Shown one piece after another: positions 36,896-48,251 of a DNA stretch of 64,000 bases. The DNA is from Suilimivivens sp. (GTDB taxonomy: Bacteria > Bacillota > Clostridia > Lachnospirales > Lachnospiraceae). The notes beneath the pieces were generated by a model. That model saw nothing but the letters and a program-made list of their open reading frames with translations. It searched no databases and was not told the DNA's origin. Made by a program: the position numbers and the translations under genes. The stretch's first letter is position 1, and each line of letters starts with the position of its first letter. The stretch is from NCBI GenBank assembly GCA_051879815.1, contig JBJEMT010000057.1:8210-72209 (forward strand). Direction: 5' to 3'.

Positions 36896-37918
36896 TTATC
36901 TTCTGCCGATTTCCGTATCAGCTTCGGTCACTACGCTGTGCTCCTTAATATAAGCTACGATTTCATCAAACTTGGTAAAGGCAAGACCTACATAGCTGTC
37001 TGCACAACCATAGTAAATAGCGATTTTTCCGCTTTCAGGATCATGAATAGTCGCACAGGGGAAACATACGTTAGGAACAAAGCCCCTCTCCTCATACCAT
37101 TCTTCCGGTGTCAGCAGGAAGGTTTCACATCTGTATTTCACAATGGAAGGATTCTCAAGATCTAAAATTGCACCACCGATCGAATAAACGAAGCCGTTGC
37201 AGGTTCCGCTTACACCATGATAAAACAGGAGCCAGCCTTCACTTGTTTCGATAGGAGCAGCGCCGCCGCCAATCTTCACGGACTCCCACCATTCGCTTCC
37301 TTTGCCCATAACATGTCTGTGCTTGCCCCAGTAAACAAGATCAGGGCTTTCACTCACGAAAATATCACCAAAAGGCGTATGTCCGCTGTCAGAAGGACGG
37401 CTCAGCATCACAAAGTTGCCATTGATCTTTCTGGGGAACAATACTGCATTTCTGTTATAAGGAATAAAAGGATTCTCCAGTCTGGTAAATGTCTTAAAAT
37501 CTGTTGTCTTAGCCATACCGATAGCCGCGCCATAAAAATCCTGACACCAGATAATATAGTAAGTATCTTCTACCTTGACCAGTCTGGGATCATAGGCATA
37601 TCTTGGCATAAAAGGCTTTCCTTCTTCATCCACGAAAGGAATCTTCTCCTTGTCAAAATCCCAGTGAATGGCATCCTTGCTTCTTCCCATATAAATATAA
37701 GGGATACCGTTGGTCTGCTCGCCGCGGAACACACCGATAAATTCATCTCCATAAGGCATTACCGCACTGTTAAAAATTCTGGCAACACCTTCTACAGGAT
37801 TACGACCGATAATAGGATTCTCGGTATATCTCCAGACGGGCGCTCCTTTTAAGCCCGCAGGTTTCTCTTGCCAGGGCACATTTTTTACTGCAGGGGCAAT
37901 CATTTTAATCTCACTCAT
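36896..37918 (-). CDS. GH130 beta-1,4-mannooligosaccharide phosphorylase (GH130_2)
   Basis: RIFNSAV, YDPRL, NRNAVLFP, LSRPSDSGHTPFG, GFVPNVCF. Confidence 0.9.
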   Translation of the reverse strand: MSEIKMIAPAVKNVPWQEKPAGLKGAPVWRYTENPIIGRNPVEGVARIFNSAVMPYGDEFIGVFRGEQTNGIPYIYMGRSKDAIHWDFDKEKIPFVDEEGKPFMPRYAYDPRLVKVEDTYYIIWCQDFYGAAIGMAKTTDFKTFTRLENPFIPYNRNAVLFPRKINGNFVMLSRPSDSGHTPFGDIFVSESPDLVYWGKHRHVMGKGSEWWESVKIGGGAAPIETSEGWLLFYHGVSGTCNGFVYSIGGAILDLENPSIVKYRCETFLLTPEEWYEERGFVPNVCFPCATIHDPESGKIAIYYGCADSYVGLAFTKFDEIVAYIKEHSVVTEADTEIGRR

Positions 37919-37949
37919 TTTGTCTCCTTCTGCCTCATAAGGCTGGTTG

Positions 37950-39125
37950 TTATTGTTTAGATAAAAACTCAAGATTCTTCTTGATCAGATCACATCTCTG
38001 CGCCACACATTCCACACTTCTAAGAGGATCCTTGGGAGTATTGAACACATAGTCGATCAGCTTATCAATGGTGGTAGTTGCCACATGCATTCTGGTATCG
38101 CTGGAAGCATAATAGATAAATACCTCTCCCTTTTCATTGGCAATGGCGCCATTTGTAAATACCACATTGGAAACATCTCCCACTCTCTCTGCGCCTCTTG
38201 GTCCGATCAAAAGCCCTGAAGGCTCTGCAATTACCCTGGAGGGATCATTTAAATCCGTAGCAAATGCATAAATGACATAACGCAGTCCGGCTGCCGTGTT
38301 TCTGACGCCGTGTGCAATATGAATCCAGCCTTTTTCTGTCTTAATAGGCACTGCACCGGCACCGTTTTTCGCTTCCGTAATTGTGTGATACTTACGAAGA
38401 CTTGTCATTTTTTCTTCATCGATCACTGCATGGGTAATATCATCGCAAAGTCCAAAGCCGATTCCACCGCCTGAGCCCGTTTCAATAAAATCATCCATAG
38501 GCCTTGTATAGAAAGCATATTTTCCGTTTACAAATTCAGGATGCAGCACTACATTTCTCTGCTGAGGTGAATTTAAGGTTACCAGATTGGGAAGTCTCTC
38601 CCATGTCTTTAAATCTTTCGTCCTTACAATGCCTGCTGCAGCTACCGCTGCGGAAAGGTCATTTACAGAGGTATCCTTGCTTTCTGAGCAGAATACACCA
38701 TAGATATATCCGTCTTCATGCTTTGTCAGACGCATATCATATACGTTGGTCTCTTCCGGGCAGGTATCCGGAAGCAGGATCGGATAATCCCAGAAACGGA
38801 AACCGTCTACTCCATTATCGCTTTCTGCCACACCAAAGAAAGACTTTCTGTCATCTCCTTCGATTCTGGCTACCAGATAATACTTCCCGTTCAGTTCGAT
38901 AGCTCCTGAGTTCATGACTGCATTGATACCAAGCCTCTTCATGAAGTAAGGATTTGTCTCGGGATTCAGATCGTACTGCCAGGTAAGGGGAATATGCTCC
39001 CTTGTCAGTACGGGATTTTTATACTTGTCATAAACACCGTTATAAAAGTCCGTATCCACTTCATTTTTTTTGTTGATCAGAGCTTCATATTTTTCTAACT
39101 CTTCATAATATTTTTTATGCAGCAT
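37950..39125 (-). CDS. GH130 4-O-beta-mannosyl-glucose phosphorylase (GH130_1)
   Basis: [46 protein letters not shown]. Confidence 0.92.
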   Translation of the reverse strand: MLHKKYYEELEKYEALINKKNEVDTDFYNGVYDKYKNPVLTREHIPLTWQYDLNPETNPYFMKRLGINAVMNSGAIELNGKYYLVARIEGDDRKSFFGVAESDNGVDGFRFWDYPILLPDTCPEETNVYDMRLTKHEDGYIYGVFCSESKDTSVNDLSAAVAAAGIVRTKDLKTWERLPNLVTLNSPQQRNVVLHPEFVNGKYAFYTRPMDDFIETGSGGGIGFGLCDDITHAVIDEEKMTSLRKYHTITEAKNGAGAVPIKTEKGWIHIAHGVRNTAAGLRYVIYAFATDLNDPSRVIAEPSGLLIGPRGAERVGDVSNVVFTNGAIANEKGEVFIYYASSDTRMHVATTTIDKLIDYVFNTPKDPLRSVECVAQRCDLIKKNLEFLSKQ

Positions 39126-39141
39126 TTTTCTTTCCTCTTCC

Positions 39142-40314
39142 TTAATTCTGTCCTAATCTTTTTATCACTTCAAAACACATTCTGCCGTTATGATAAGGGC
39201 ACTTCCATGGCTCTACAATGGGTCTTCCTTCAAAAGGCCTGCCTTCTTCATCAACTTCCCAGAACCACTCAGATCCATCTCTTTTATCGATGACATGCTC
39301 CTTAATAAAGTTCCATTCACTTTCTGCTGCTTCCAGATATTCCGGTTTATCCGGATTTTTCTGATAGCCGTTTAAAAAGCCTACCACGGTCTCTGCCTGC
39401 ACCCACCAGATCCGATGCGTGTTGACAACACCTCTCTCACATTCATTGGCAAGGGAATGCCCATCAAAAGCAACTTTATAAATCTGGGCTGTCAGATCTT
39501 TTGTAATGGGTGACATCTTCTCTTCATATTTCTTCTCTGAAAGAATTTCCACACCTCTGTCCATCAGCCATGCAGTTTCAATATCATGGCCGTAGGAATG
39601 AAGATCTATAATAGAATTCATGGTTCTGTCAAAGAATACTTCCTGTCTGTGAAGCTTCGGATTATATACCTTATCTGCAAAAGTATCCATAATCCATTCA
39701 AGTCTTTCCTTCACTTCAGGGAGCTTTGCCACACGATAAAGCTCTGTGTAGGCCTCAAACACATGAAGCAGAGTATTCATAGTTTTCTCTGCAATGACTC
39801 CGTTTTCAGAAAGCTTGTCGTTCTCAATCTCATGAAACTCTTTATCAAAAGCTTCCTTATAACCGATTTCGTCGGTACACCTGTTTTCAATTATGCGGAA
39901 CAGATCCTTTGCCATGGCAAGTGCTTCTTCGTCTCCTGATGCCTCATAATAGGAGGAAAGAGCATAGATGGAAAAAGCCTGATTATAAGTATGCTTCGTA
40001 GTATCCTCCGGCTCACCATTATATTTCATTGACCAGAAAATACCGCCGTTTTCTTTGTCCATGCAATGCTCTTTCATAAAAGCAAATCCATGTTTGGCTT
40101 CCTCTAAAAGACTTTCGTCTTTCAGAAGTGTATAAGCATTAGAAAAGAACCATGTAATGCGGCTGTTTAAAATACATCCCTTAACTGCTTTTTTATCCAG
40201 TTTAAGATCATAGTCAAGCCACCCATAGTAACCGCCGAATTCATTATCTCTTAAACCTTTCCAGAAAGGGATGATATCATTGATCAAGTGGTTTTTTATT
40301 TCTTCAAACATCAT
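39142..40314 (-). CDS. Cellobiose/mannobiose 2-epimerase (AGE family)
   Basis: [41 protein letters not shown]. Confidence 0.92.
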   Translation of the reverse strand: MMFEEIKNHLINDIIPFWKGLRDNEFGGYYGWLDYDLKLDKKAVKGCILNSRITWFFSNAYTLLKDESLLEEAKHGFAFMKEHCMDKENGGIFWSMKYNGEPEDTTKHTYNQAFSIYALSSYYEASGDEEALAMAKDLFRIIENRCTDEIGYKEAFDKEFHEIENDKLSENGVIAEKTMNTLLHVFEAYTELYRVAKLPEVKERLEWIMDTFADKVYNPKLHRQEVFFDRTMNSIIDLHSYGHDIETAWLMDRGVEILSEKKYEEKMSPITKDLTAQIYKVAFDGHSLANECERGVVNTHRIWWVQAETVVGFLNGYQKNPDKPEYLEAAESEWNFIKEHVIDKRDGSEWFWEVDEEGRPFEGRPIVEPWKCPYHNGRMCFEVIKRLGQN

Positions 40315-40366
40315 CTGTCAGATCTCCTGTCTCATATCTTAAAATGTCTTTGGAGCACAAAGCGTA

Positions 40367-41215
40367 TTAACCCTTTACAGCCCCGGATGTCAATCCGCTG
40401 TAAATCTGTTTCTGGCAGGTAATAAATACGATCAATGCAGGCAAAAGCGAAATGATAACACCGGCACAGATCAGATTGTACTTACTGCCAAGCGGTCCCA
40501 CAAAAGTATACAGGGAAGTTGCCACCGTAGGCAGATTTTTCTTATCCTGCAGATACAGATTAGCCGAGTAATATTCGTTGTAAGTACCTACACCCTTTAA
40601 AATGCAGGATGTAACAATTGCAGGCTTTAACAACGGAAACAGAATCCTGTAAAAAATAGTAAAATAAGAGGCACCGTCCATAATGCCCGATTCATCCAGC
40701 GAATAATCAATATTCTCAAAGAACTGGATATAAATATAGATTGAAATGACATCCGTACCACACATCATAATAATATAACCCAGCAACGAGTTTATAAAGC
40801 CCAGCTTATACATGATCTCATATACGGAAATCTGCATTGCAACACCGGGAAGCAGAGAAGCAAACAGGAACAGATTACGGATCAATCCATTACCCGGAAA
40901 CTTAAATCTGTTTAAAATATATGCCAGCTGGGTACCTACGAGTGTAGATACAAGCAGAACACAAACAAGCACAATAGCAGAATTGATAAATGCTTTACCC
41001 ATATTGGCCTTTTGAAAAGCCTGAATAAAGTTTCCAAAATTCAGCCAGCTTTCGGGAAGCACCATAATATTAGTCTGCTGATATTCCGTATCTGTTTTAA
41101 ATGCAGTGATAACGCAGGATACAATAGGCAATATCGCTACAAATGAAAAGAATATCAGTGAAATATACTTAAGAAAAACTAATAAATACTTACCAATTTT
41201 CTGAAATACTGTCAT
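40367..41215 (-). CDS. Carbohydrate ABC transporter permease
   Basis: Multiple TM segments; EAA-like loop ESGIMDGAS; ends GAVKG. Confidence 0.9.
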   Translation of the reverse strand: MTVFQKIGKYLLVFLKYISLIFFSFVAILPIVSCVITAFKTDTEYQQTNIMVLPESWLNFGNFIQAFQKANMGKAFINSAIVLVCVLLVSTLVGTQLAYILNRFKFPGNGLIRNLFLFASLLPGVAMQISVYEIMYKLGFINSLLGYIIMMCGTDVISIYIYIQFFENIDYSLDESGIMDGASYFTIFYRILFPLLKPAIVTSCILKGVGTYNEYYSANLYLQDKKNLPTVATSLYTFVGPLGSKYNLICAGVIISLLPALIVFITCQKQIYSGLTSGAVKG

Positions 41216-42223
41216 CTATTTTCCCGCCTTTCTTGCCGCTAATCTGGCCAGTTTTTTCTCACGCTTAAGGGCTGCATTCAAGTCTTCATCCTCGGCATTC
41301 TTAAACACATATTTAAAGAACAGTTTTTGAAGAATCGTTGCCACAAAGATGATCAGCAAAAGAACGATTGCCATGGCAGAAGCCAGACCAACCTTCTGCT
41401 GGGTATGGGCAATTTCATGCATAACCACAAAATAAGTACCTGTTCCGTTTGCACCATCCGTAATAACATAAGGAGGTTCAAATGCACTTAAGGAACCTGT
41501 AATGGACAGGATAACATTCAATGTAATAATTGTCTTAATACTTGGCAGAATAATATATTTAAACTGCTGAAATCTATTAGCACCGTCCAGCATGGCTGCT
41601 TCATATAATTCGGAATCTACAGACATGATCGCTCCAATAAAGAGAACCATATTCTGTCCAAAATAACGCCATACGGAAGTACCAACCAAAGAAATATTGT
41701 TAATTCTCTGGTCTTTTAACCAATACGGAAGATTATCAAGCTGAAAACCACACCACTGAAGAACTGTATCAAATACAAAACCTCTTGTGTAGAAAAATTT
41801 AAAAATAAAGCCAATCGCAATACCATTAATCAGATAAGGGAAAAACATAAATCCCTTGAAAATATTTCCCCCTTTTACTTTAAAGCTGAGTACAGTTGCC
41901 AGATACAATGCAAGCGCCAGCTGCACAATGGAACCGCCCATATAGTACAGGCTCAGTTTCAATGCGCCAAAACAGTCATCTCTTTGAAATACTTTAAGAT
42001 AATTCTTTAATCCAACAAATTTTCTTGCCCCTATATACTTCATATCATAGAAGCTGAAACCAAACATTTCTGCAAAAGGCAGATATGTAAATGTAAACAG
42101 CAATAATAACGGAATAGTCATAAAAGCAATCATTACAAATACTTTTTGCCCATCCCTGCTTTTTGCCCATTCCATAAAAGTTCTTTTTCTTTTCGGTCCA
42201 GCCGCCGCCCGAGTCACTGCCAT
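41216..42223 (-). CDS. Carbohydrate ABC transporter permease
   Basis: FVGLKNY; EAA motif LYEAAMLDGAN. Confidence 0.9.
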   Translation of the reverse strand: MAVTRAAAGPKRKRTFMEWAKSRDGQKVFVMIAFMTIPLLLLFTFTYLPFAEMFGFSFYDMKYIGARKFVGLKNYLKVFQRDDCFGALKLSLYYMGGSIVQLALALYLATVLSFKVKGGNIFKGFMFFPYLINGIAIGFIFKFFYTRGFVFDTVLQWCGFQLDNLPYWLKDQRINNISLVGTSVWRYFGQNMVLFIGAIMSVDSELYEAAMLDGANRFQQFKYIILPSIKTIITLNVILSITGSLSAFEPPYVITDGANGTGTYFVVMHEIAHTQQKVGLASAMAIVLLLIIFVATILQKLFFKYVFKNAEDEDLNAALKREKKLARLAARKAGK

Positions 42224-42267
42224 ACGCTCTTTCCTCCCGATAACAGATACATCTTATGATGTATTAG

Positions 42268-42293
42268 AGCCAAGGAGAAACCTCCCCTTGGCC
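42268..42293 (-). terminator. Hairpin after the solute-binding protein gene (attenuator/stabiliser)
   Basis: GCCAAGG-N11-CCTTGGC. Confidence 0.55.
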
Positions 42294-42336
42294 CCACATT
42301 TACAACTACTAATTACTTTTTAATTCAGAATTTTAA

Positions 42337-43785
42337 TTAGTATAAAACTTCAATACCAAGTTCTTCCTGAGCAGCATTCCAAGCAGCTGTCCAGTCAGCC
42401 ATAATATCATCAAATGTTTCAGAACCTGTAGCTGCTGCTTCAACGATTCTCTGTACCTTTGCATTTCCGCCGGCGTTGAAGGAAAGTTCAGATTCAGCAT
42501 TCATCTGATTTAAGAAATCTGCTTCACCTTCAAGTGCAGGCTGATCGCTTAATACAGTAGAGCCATCAAATGCTGAATACAGATCAGGATTCTCGCCATC
42601 CTTATCTACGGTGTAACCGCCTTCGAAATAGCACCATCCGGATTCTTCTGTCATCCACTTAATGAATACCATAGCAGCTGTCTTGTTCTCATCGGAAGAA
42701 TTAACGTTGATAGCATAGCTGTAGTCACCGCCTGCTAATGCATACTGTGTTCCGCCCACTGTCATAGGGAAAGGCATGTATCCGACATCTTCACCGTGAT
42801 CACCAGCTTCTACCATCTGAGCATATGCCCATGAGCCAAGTACCATTGTACCGATTTCACCGTTGTTCAGCATGCCCTTGCAGCCTTCCCAGTCGGTTGT
42901 GGTGTAGTCATCTTCGATCAGATCGTTTGCTACTGCTTCATAAAGAATTCTGTATAAATTGTAGACACCTGTGTCATCACCGGGATCATCAAAAGGATTA
43001 GCAGTATGAACGAATTTCTGGTTCATATATGTTTCGTCACCATTTGATACAACTCCGATATAAGCATCCCATGCACCCATAGTCCATCCTGCTGCATAGT
43101 TAGTATACAGAGGAATTGCATCTGTATTATCCTTGATCAGCTGTAAATCAGCAAGAAACTCTGTAGGAGTTGTAGGAAGCTCTGTAATACCTGCTGCTTC
43201 GAATACAGCCTTGTTGTACAGAACGCCCTGTGCATTAGCCATGTAAGGAACACCATAGCTGATTCCGTCATATTCCCAGATATCAGCAAAGTTAATTTCC
43301 TGGCTCAGATTCTCAAGAGAGTCAATAGGCTGGAAATATGTGCTCAGATAGACCTTATCTACGGCAGGGATGAACATAATGTCGCCCCAGTTACCTGCAT
43401 CAAGACGAAGAAGGGAATCTTCTGCATAGTCTGTAACACCTTCAGTTTCAACTGTAATGTTGGGATATACCTTGTTGAATTCTGCAATCATATTTGCGAT
43501 AGTACCGTCTTCTTCACGGTCTGTCTTATGATGAATCCACTTAATGCTTGCTGTCAGATCTGTGTAATCTGTTCCAACAGTAATGTCTGAATAAGCGGGA
43601 ACTCCTTCAGGTGTCTCTGCTTCTGTGGTTTCAGTTGCAGCTTCTGTTGTAGTTTCTGTTGTAGTTTCTGTTGCAGTTTCAGATGTAGTCTCTGAAGATC
43701 CTGTGCTCTCGCTGCCGCCGCATCCTACCATAGCTAAGGTAAGAACTGCTGCCATGCCGAGTGCTAAAACTTTTCTCAGTTTCAT
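42337..43785 (-). CDS. ABC transporter solute-binding lipoprotein (probably manno-oligosaccharides)
   Basis: Lipobox MVGC, Thr/Glu linker, LYNKAVFEAAG. Confidence 0.9.
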   Translation of the reverse strand: MKLRKVLALGMAAVLTLAMVGCGGSESTGSSETTSETATETTTETTTEAATETTEAETPEGVPAYSDITVGTDYTDLTASIKWIHHKTDREEDGTIANMIAEFNKVYPNITVETEGVTDYAEDSLLRLDAGNWGDIMFIPAVDKVYLSTYFQPIDSLENLSQEINFADIWEYDGISYGVPYMANAQGVLYNKAVFEAAGITELPTTPTEFLADLQLIKDNTDAIPLYTNYAAGWTMGAWDAYIGVVSNGDETYMNQKFVHTANPFDDPGDDTGVYNLYRILYEAVANDLIEDDYTTTDWEGCKGMLNNGEIGTMVLGSWAYAQMVEAGDHGEDVGYMPFPMTVGGTQYALAGGDYSYAINVNSSDENKTAAMVFIKWMTEESGWCYFEGGYTVDKDGENPDLYSAFDGSTVLSDQPALEGEADFLNQMNAESELSFNAGGNAKVQRIVEAAATGSETFDDIMADWTAAWNAAQEELGIEVLY

Positions 43786-44147
43786 AATAACTTATCCTCC
43801 TTTTTATGTTACGAAAACTGTAGTCCCATTTATTTTATTTAAATGGGCGGTTACTTATGTAACTTAATTTTAATTATATTTACTTTGTTTTTTTAATCAT
43901 CACTTATTATTGCAAATTATGTCCTATTATTGCTTTGTTTAGTTATTTCTTCCTTTTTCACAATTTTAAAAACCATTTTTTGTTTATTTTGTACATCCAA
44001 TATTTTCATTCTTTTCCTCGTTTTACATTTATTTAGCTAATTATTGCTTAAAAAATTATTAAAATTTAATTAACGCATTTTTAATCATTTGCTATTTTAG
44101 CCAAAATATACTATACTTTGAAAGAAACATAAGAAAGGAGACCATAT

Positions 44148-45047
44148 ATGGACATCAAAGAGGAGTTTATTCATGCACTGGTATCGGCTCCGAAACTTTT
44201 TCCCGGTTCTTTGCCCGAAAATTTTCTGGGGCAGGTTTATCATACGGAAAGTAATCCGGATTCTCTCTTTTGGGAAATCCTTGCCGGCGGAAATATTACT
44301 GCCGCTTCTCCCTGGTCCTTTGATATCCGTTCTCTTGACTGTTTTATGCTGCTTTATACCAAATCGGGATGCGGAAAACTTCTTTTGGACGGCCAGGTTT
44401 ATACCTTAACGGAATCCTCTCTTTTATTTCTTGACTGTCACCAGCGTTTCAGGCTTGATCTTGCCATTGAGCCGTGGGATTATCATGTTTTGTTTGTTAC
44501 CGGAAAGGGGCTTTCCGATTATTACCATTTGATTCCCTCAGCGCAGATTGCCATCATGCCGCTTTCCCGGTATTCCGAATCCGCCTTTCACCTTGACAAG
44601 CTGTTGATTTCCGGGCAAAATGACAGTCTTTCTTCTAAGCTTACTGTCTCCTCCCTGCTAAATGCCGTTATTACAAATTGTGTAGTATATCAACTGTCAA
44701 AAAATGAAAGTCTGTCACCTGTTGCCCCCTACTTAAATGAAGTGAAGGATCTGTTTGATAATAATTTTCAGGAGGATTACTCGTTAGATGATCTTGCGGA
44801 ACGTTTCCATATCAGCAAATATAAGCTTTGCCGGGAATTCAAAGCAGCCTTTGATCTGCCGCCCCTGCAGTATCTGAACAGGAAAAGGATTGAATTCGCA
44901 AAGCATCTCCTGCTTACTACTTCTTTAAAAGTTCATGAAGTAGGAAGTTCAGTAGGAATTGATAATACAAATCACTTTATCTTTCTGTTTAAAAAGTTTA
45001 CCGGCTTTACACCATTGGAATTCAGGCAAAGAGGTCATGAGCTTTAA
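44148..45047 (+). CDS. AraC-family regulator
   Basis: C-terminal double HTH: SLDDLAE..ISKY.LCREFK, AKHLL, FKKFTGFTP.EFR. Confidence 0.9.
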   Translation: MDIKEEFIHALVSAPKLFPGSLPENFLGQVYHTESNPDSLFWEILAGGNITAASPWSFDIRSLDCFMLLYTKSGCGKLLLDGQVYTLTESSLLFLDCHQRFRLDLAIEPWDYHVLFVTGKGLSDYYHLIPSAQIAIMPLSRYSESAFHLDKLLISGQNDSLSSKLTVSSLLNAVITNCVVYQLSKNESLSPVAPYLNEVKDLFDNNFQEDYSLDDLAERFHISKYKLCREFKAAFDLPPLQYLNRKRIEFAKHLLLTTSLKVHEVGSSVGIDNTNHFIFLFKKFTGFTPLEFRQRGHEL

Positions 45048-45049
45048 GC

Positions 45050-46072
45050 TCATGACCTCCTGTTTACGCTTTCCTTGATCACCACATGGCCCTCAACAAT
45101 GGAAATTCCCTGTTTGTAGGACTCACCGTTCATTTTTTTGATCAGATTGTTGATGGTTTTTCTTGCCATCTCTTTAATATCAACTTCATAAGTCGTTATA
45201 CCCACGTTGCATAATCCGGGATGGATATAATTGTCAAATCCTACTACCGAAATATCTTCCGGAATCCTGTAGCCTTTTTTCTGGAGAAAATCGATAAATA
45301 TACCGGCAGTCAGATCACAGTTGCAGACAAAGGCGGTGGGCATCTGCCTTGGAAGTTCAAAAGTAAAATCATCATCTCTCTGCCCGTCGTCAATATTTCT
45401 GTCCTCAATGATCCACTCAGGTCTCACCTGCTGTCCGTGTTCCAGCAATGCTTTGGAATAGCCGAAATATCTGTCCAGGATACTTTCTGTATACAACAGT
45501 GTTCCAACATAGGCAATTTCCTTATGCCCCATTTCGAACAGATAATTTGTCAACTTATACATTCCGTAAAAATTGTCAGTCACCACTGCGTCATATTCCT
45601 GTTTTTTATCATAAAAGTCCAGACAGATGAAAGGAACAGTGATATTCTGCACTATTGCATTTAAATAATCTTCTTTTAAAAGTCCGAGGATAATAAGTCC
45701 TTCTACCTTATGCTCGCGAAGGAGCTTGGGCAGTTCCAGATTTTGTTCCATTTCAACGCTGAGTACCTCCAGCATGGTAAAGCATTCCTTTGAAACAGCC
45801 TTGGTAGCCACTGCCTGATACATCTTCCAGTAGAAGGATTCATACTGGTCAAGATATCTGTCTGAAACCACAACTCCGATGTTATAGCTCTTTTTTGCGT
45901 TCATCATCTTTGCTGCCGAGGGTGACAGATAACCCATTTCCTGTGCCAGCTGCTTAATCTTTTCACGCATTTCCTCACTGACGCCCTTCTGATCCGACAG
46001 TGCCTTGGAAACCGTTACGGTACTTACATTCATGATCTTAGCGATATCAGCAAGTTTTACCGCTTTAGCCAT
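45050..46072 (-). CDS. LacI-family regulator
   Basis: KLADIAK..NVSTVTVSKAL HTH; IPEDISVVGFDN. Confidence 0.92.
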   Translation of the reverse strand: MAKAVKLADIAKIMNVSTVTVSKALSDQKGVSEEMREKIKQLAQEMGYLSPSAAKMMNAKKSYNIGVVVSDRYLDQYESFYWKMYQAVATKAVSKECFTMLEVLSVEMEQNLELPKLLREHKVEGLIILGLLKEDYLNAIVQNITVPFICLDFYDKKQEYDAVVTDNFYGMYKLTNYLFEMGHKEIAYVGTLLYTESILDRYFGYSKALLEHGQQVRPEWIIEDRNIDDGQRDDDFTFELPRQMPTAFVCNCDLTAGIFIDFLQKKGYRIPEDISVVGFDNYIHPGLCNVGITTYEVDIKEMARKTINNLIKKMNGESYKQGISIVEGHVVIKESVNRRS

Positions 46073-46074
46073 TT

Positions 46075-48249
46075 TTATCTCCCCTTCAATTCTATTTCAA
46101 AAATTCTTGCCATTACTTTCTGCCTGAAGCTGACAGAAAGAATCTTTTTCTCATCAGAATACTCAAAGTCTAGATTTTCTTTCATTGCTTCTTTCGGATA
46201 AGCCAGTTTTACGGAAAGCTCACCGCCTGTTTCAAATATATGTCCAAGGGGAATCTTAATGCTTTCTCTTGTATCTTCCTTATCTTTATCTCTTCTCCAT
46301 AATGCAAGATATGCCTTTTCTTCTGTCTTGAGAACACTGCAAAGCCAGGTGCTGCCGTTATCCGCAAGCCCAATTGGCCAGTCCGGTAAGGCCTTTCTGA
46401 TATCACATCTGACAGACTTATAGTAAGCAATACCCTCTTTTACAAGGTCGGTTCTTTCCTTTGAAAGTTCTGCAAGATGACCGCTTTGATGTATGCGCAG
46501 AAGCATGGCATTTACCATATTATAGATTGTTTCTTCCGCATCTCCGTTTCTTTGCGGATAAGACCAGATTGCCGCCTGCTCCGGGGTTAAGCCCGCACAG
46601 GCATTGGCCGCAATGGTTGCATATTCTCTATAGTCCTCCTGATCGCTGGTGGACTGGATACTGTATCTGGAAAGCAGGGCATAGTCGATCCGAAGACCGC
46701 CGCTGGAGCAGTTCTCGATCACAAGGTCAGGATACCTCTCAAAAACCCCTTCAAGCCATTTTAAATATGCTCTTTCATGGGCAAGAAGTCCCGCGCCAAC
46801 GCTGTCGGCATATAATTCCGTACCGATTCCGGGCTCAATATTATAATCCATTTTAATATAGCCTACGCCATATTCTTTCACTACCCTGTCTATCACTTCA
46901 TCTACATGGGCAATCACTTCCGGGTTCCTGAAATCCAGCTGGTACCTGCTTCTGTCATAAACCCTCTTGCCATGGCGCACAAAGAACCAGTCATCGGGAG
47001 CTTTCTTTGCCTTCTCACAGTTGATTCCCATCACTTCAAGCTCCAGCCATACACCGGGTACCATACCTTTTGACCGGATATAATCCGTAACTTCCCTGAT
47101 GCCGCCGGGAAAACGTTCTCTTGATTCCTGCCATTCCCCGACACTGTCCCACCATTGTCCCGGCGCATACCAGCCGGCATCAATGACATAGTATTCACAG
47201 CCTGCTTCTGCTGCCGCATCAATCAGCGGGAACTCTTTTTCTGTGGTAGGATCACCAAACAGGCAATTCATATAATCATTAAAGATAACCGGAAGATTTT
47301 CATTATCCTGATTGGGTCTTCTGATCTTACGGCGATACTCGGTCAGCTGTCCCATTGCCTTTGCAAAATCTGCGTTGCATACTCCTACTGCTACAGGCAC
47401 AGTGGTAAAGCTTTCACCCGGTTTCAGATTCTGAAACCAGTGGGACTGCACCTCCGTCGGACCACTTAAAGCCAGATAAAAGTGTTCATTTTCATCTCCA
47501 ATCTCCGCATGCCAGGAACCATTATGTTCAATCTGCCAGTAAAGAGAGGTGTCAGCCTCTTCATTGGAAAGATATCCCATGGGTAGATATTCCTTGGTTG
47601 ACCAATTTCCTGTATTAGTCAATTCTATTGTTTTTGAAGTTCTCTGATATACCGTAGGCTGTGTCTGTGCAAGACCAAGAGCCGGGAAAGAATAGGTATG
47701 GAAACTGAATTCCTTCTGCCAGCCATTATGGGCAAAGGTAAGCTGCATCTTATCATCCGAACTCATTTTTCCTTCTTTCTCAATGCCAAGATAGAAAAAA
47801 GAAGAAATATACTCAAGAGTCTGAGTTTCTGTCCCCTCATTGATAACCTGATTCTGCATTCTGACAGTGGATGTCCCGCTGTAAAACTGCCAGGTGGAAA
47901 TCACCCTTGCACCTGTCAGATCATCCTTCTGTATTATTGTTAACACTCTGCCTTTTTCATTTCGCTCATCCTTCAAATCCACAAAAGTGAGAAGATAGCC
48001 GGGCGCTGTTACAATATGCTTATTCCCATGCTTTTCATAAGGTCTGTTGTAGCCTGAAAAATTTACCTGCACTACCTGAAAACCTTCTTTTAAGAAAAGC
48101 TCACTCTCTCCAAACTCCACCTCATTTCCTGCCTCCATGGGAGATGCGGAAAAATGAAACAGCTTTAACTGATTTTCTCTGGTAATGCCAAATACCAGAT
48201 AAATACCGTCTTCCTCTATGGGAATCCATTTTTCAATATAACCTGCCAT
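46075..48249 (-). CDS. GH36 glycoside hydrolase (divergent subgroup)
   Basis: FNDYMNCL, VIDAGWY, IKMDYN, ENCSSGGLR, STSDQ. Confidence 0.85.
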   Translation of the reverse strand: MAGYIEKWIPIEEDGIYLVFGITRENQLKLFHFSASPMEAGNEVEFGESELFLKEGFQVVQVNFSGYNRPYEKHGNKHIVTAPGYLLTFVDLKDERNEKGRVLTIIQKDDLTGARVISTWQFYSGTSTVRMQNQVINEGTETQTLEYISSFFYLGIEKEGKMSSDDKMQLTFAHNGWQKEFSFHTYSFPALGLAQTQPTVYQRTSKTIELTNTGNWSTKEYLPMGYLSNEEADTSLYWQIEHNGSWHAEIGDENEHFYLALSGPTEVQSHWFQNLKPGESFTTVPVAVGVCNADFAKAMGQLTEYRRKIRRPNQDNENLPVIFNDYMNCLFGDPTTEKEFPLIDAAAEAGCEYYVIDAGWYAPGQWWDSVGEWQESRERFPGGIREVTDYIRSKGMVPGVWLELEVMGINCEKAKKAPDDWFFVRHGKRVYDRSRYQLDFRNPEVIAHVDEVIDRVVKEYGVGYIKMDYNIEPGIGTELYADSVGAGLLAHERAYLKWLEGVFERYPDLVIENCSSGGLRIDYALLSRYSIQSTSDQEDYREYATIAANACAGLTPEQAAIWSYPQRNGDAEETIYNMVNAMLLRIHQSGHLAELSKERTDLVKEGIAYYKSVRCDIRKALPDWPIGLADNGSTWLCSVLKTEEKAYLALWRRDKDKEDTRESIKIPLGHIFETGGELSVKLAYPKEAMKENLDFEYSDEKKILSVSFRQKVMARIFEIELKGR

Positions 48250-48251
48250 AA

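Noticed and set aside
43620-43690. GTAGTTTCTGTT-type short repeats
   Set aside because: They encode the Thr/Glu linker of the solute-binding lipoprotein
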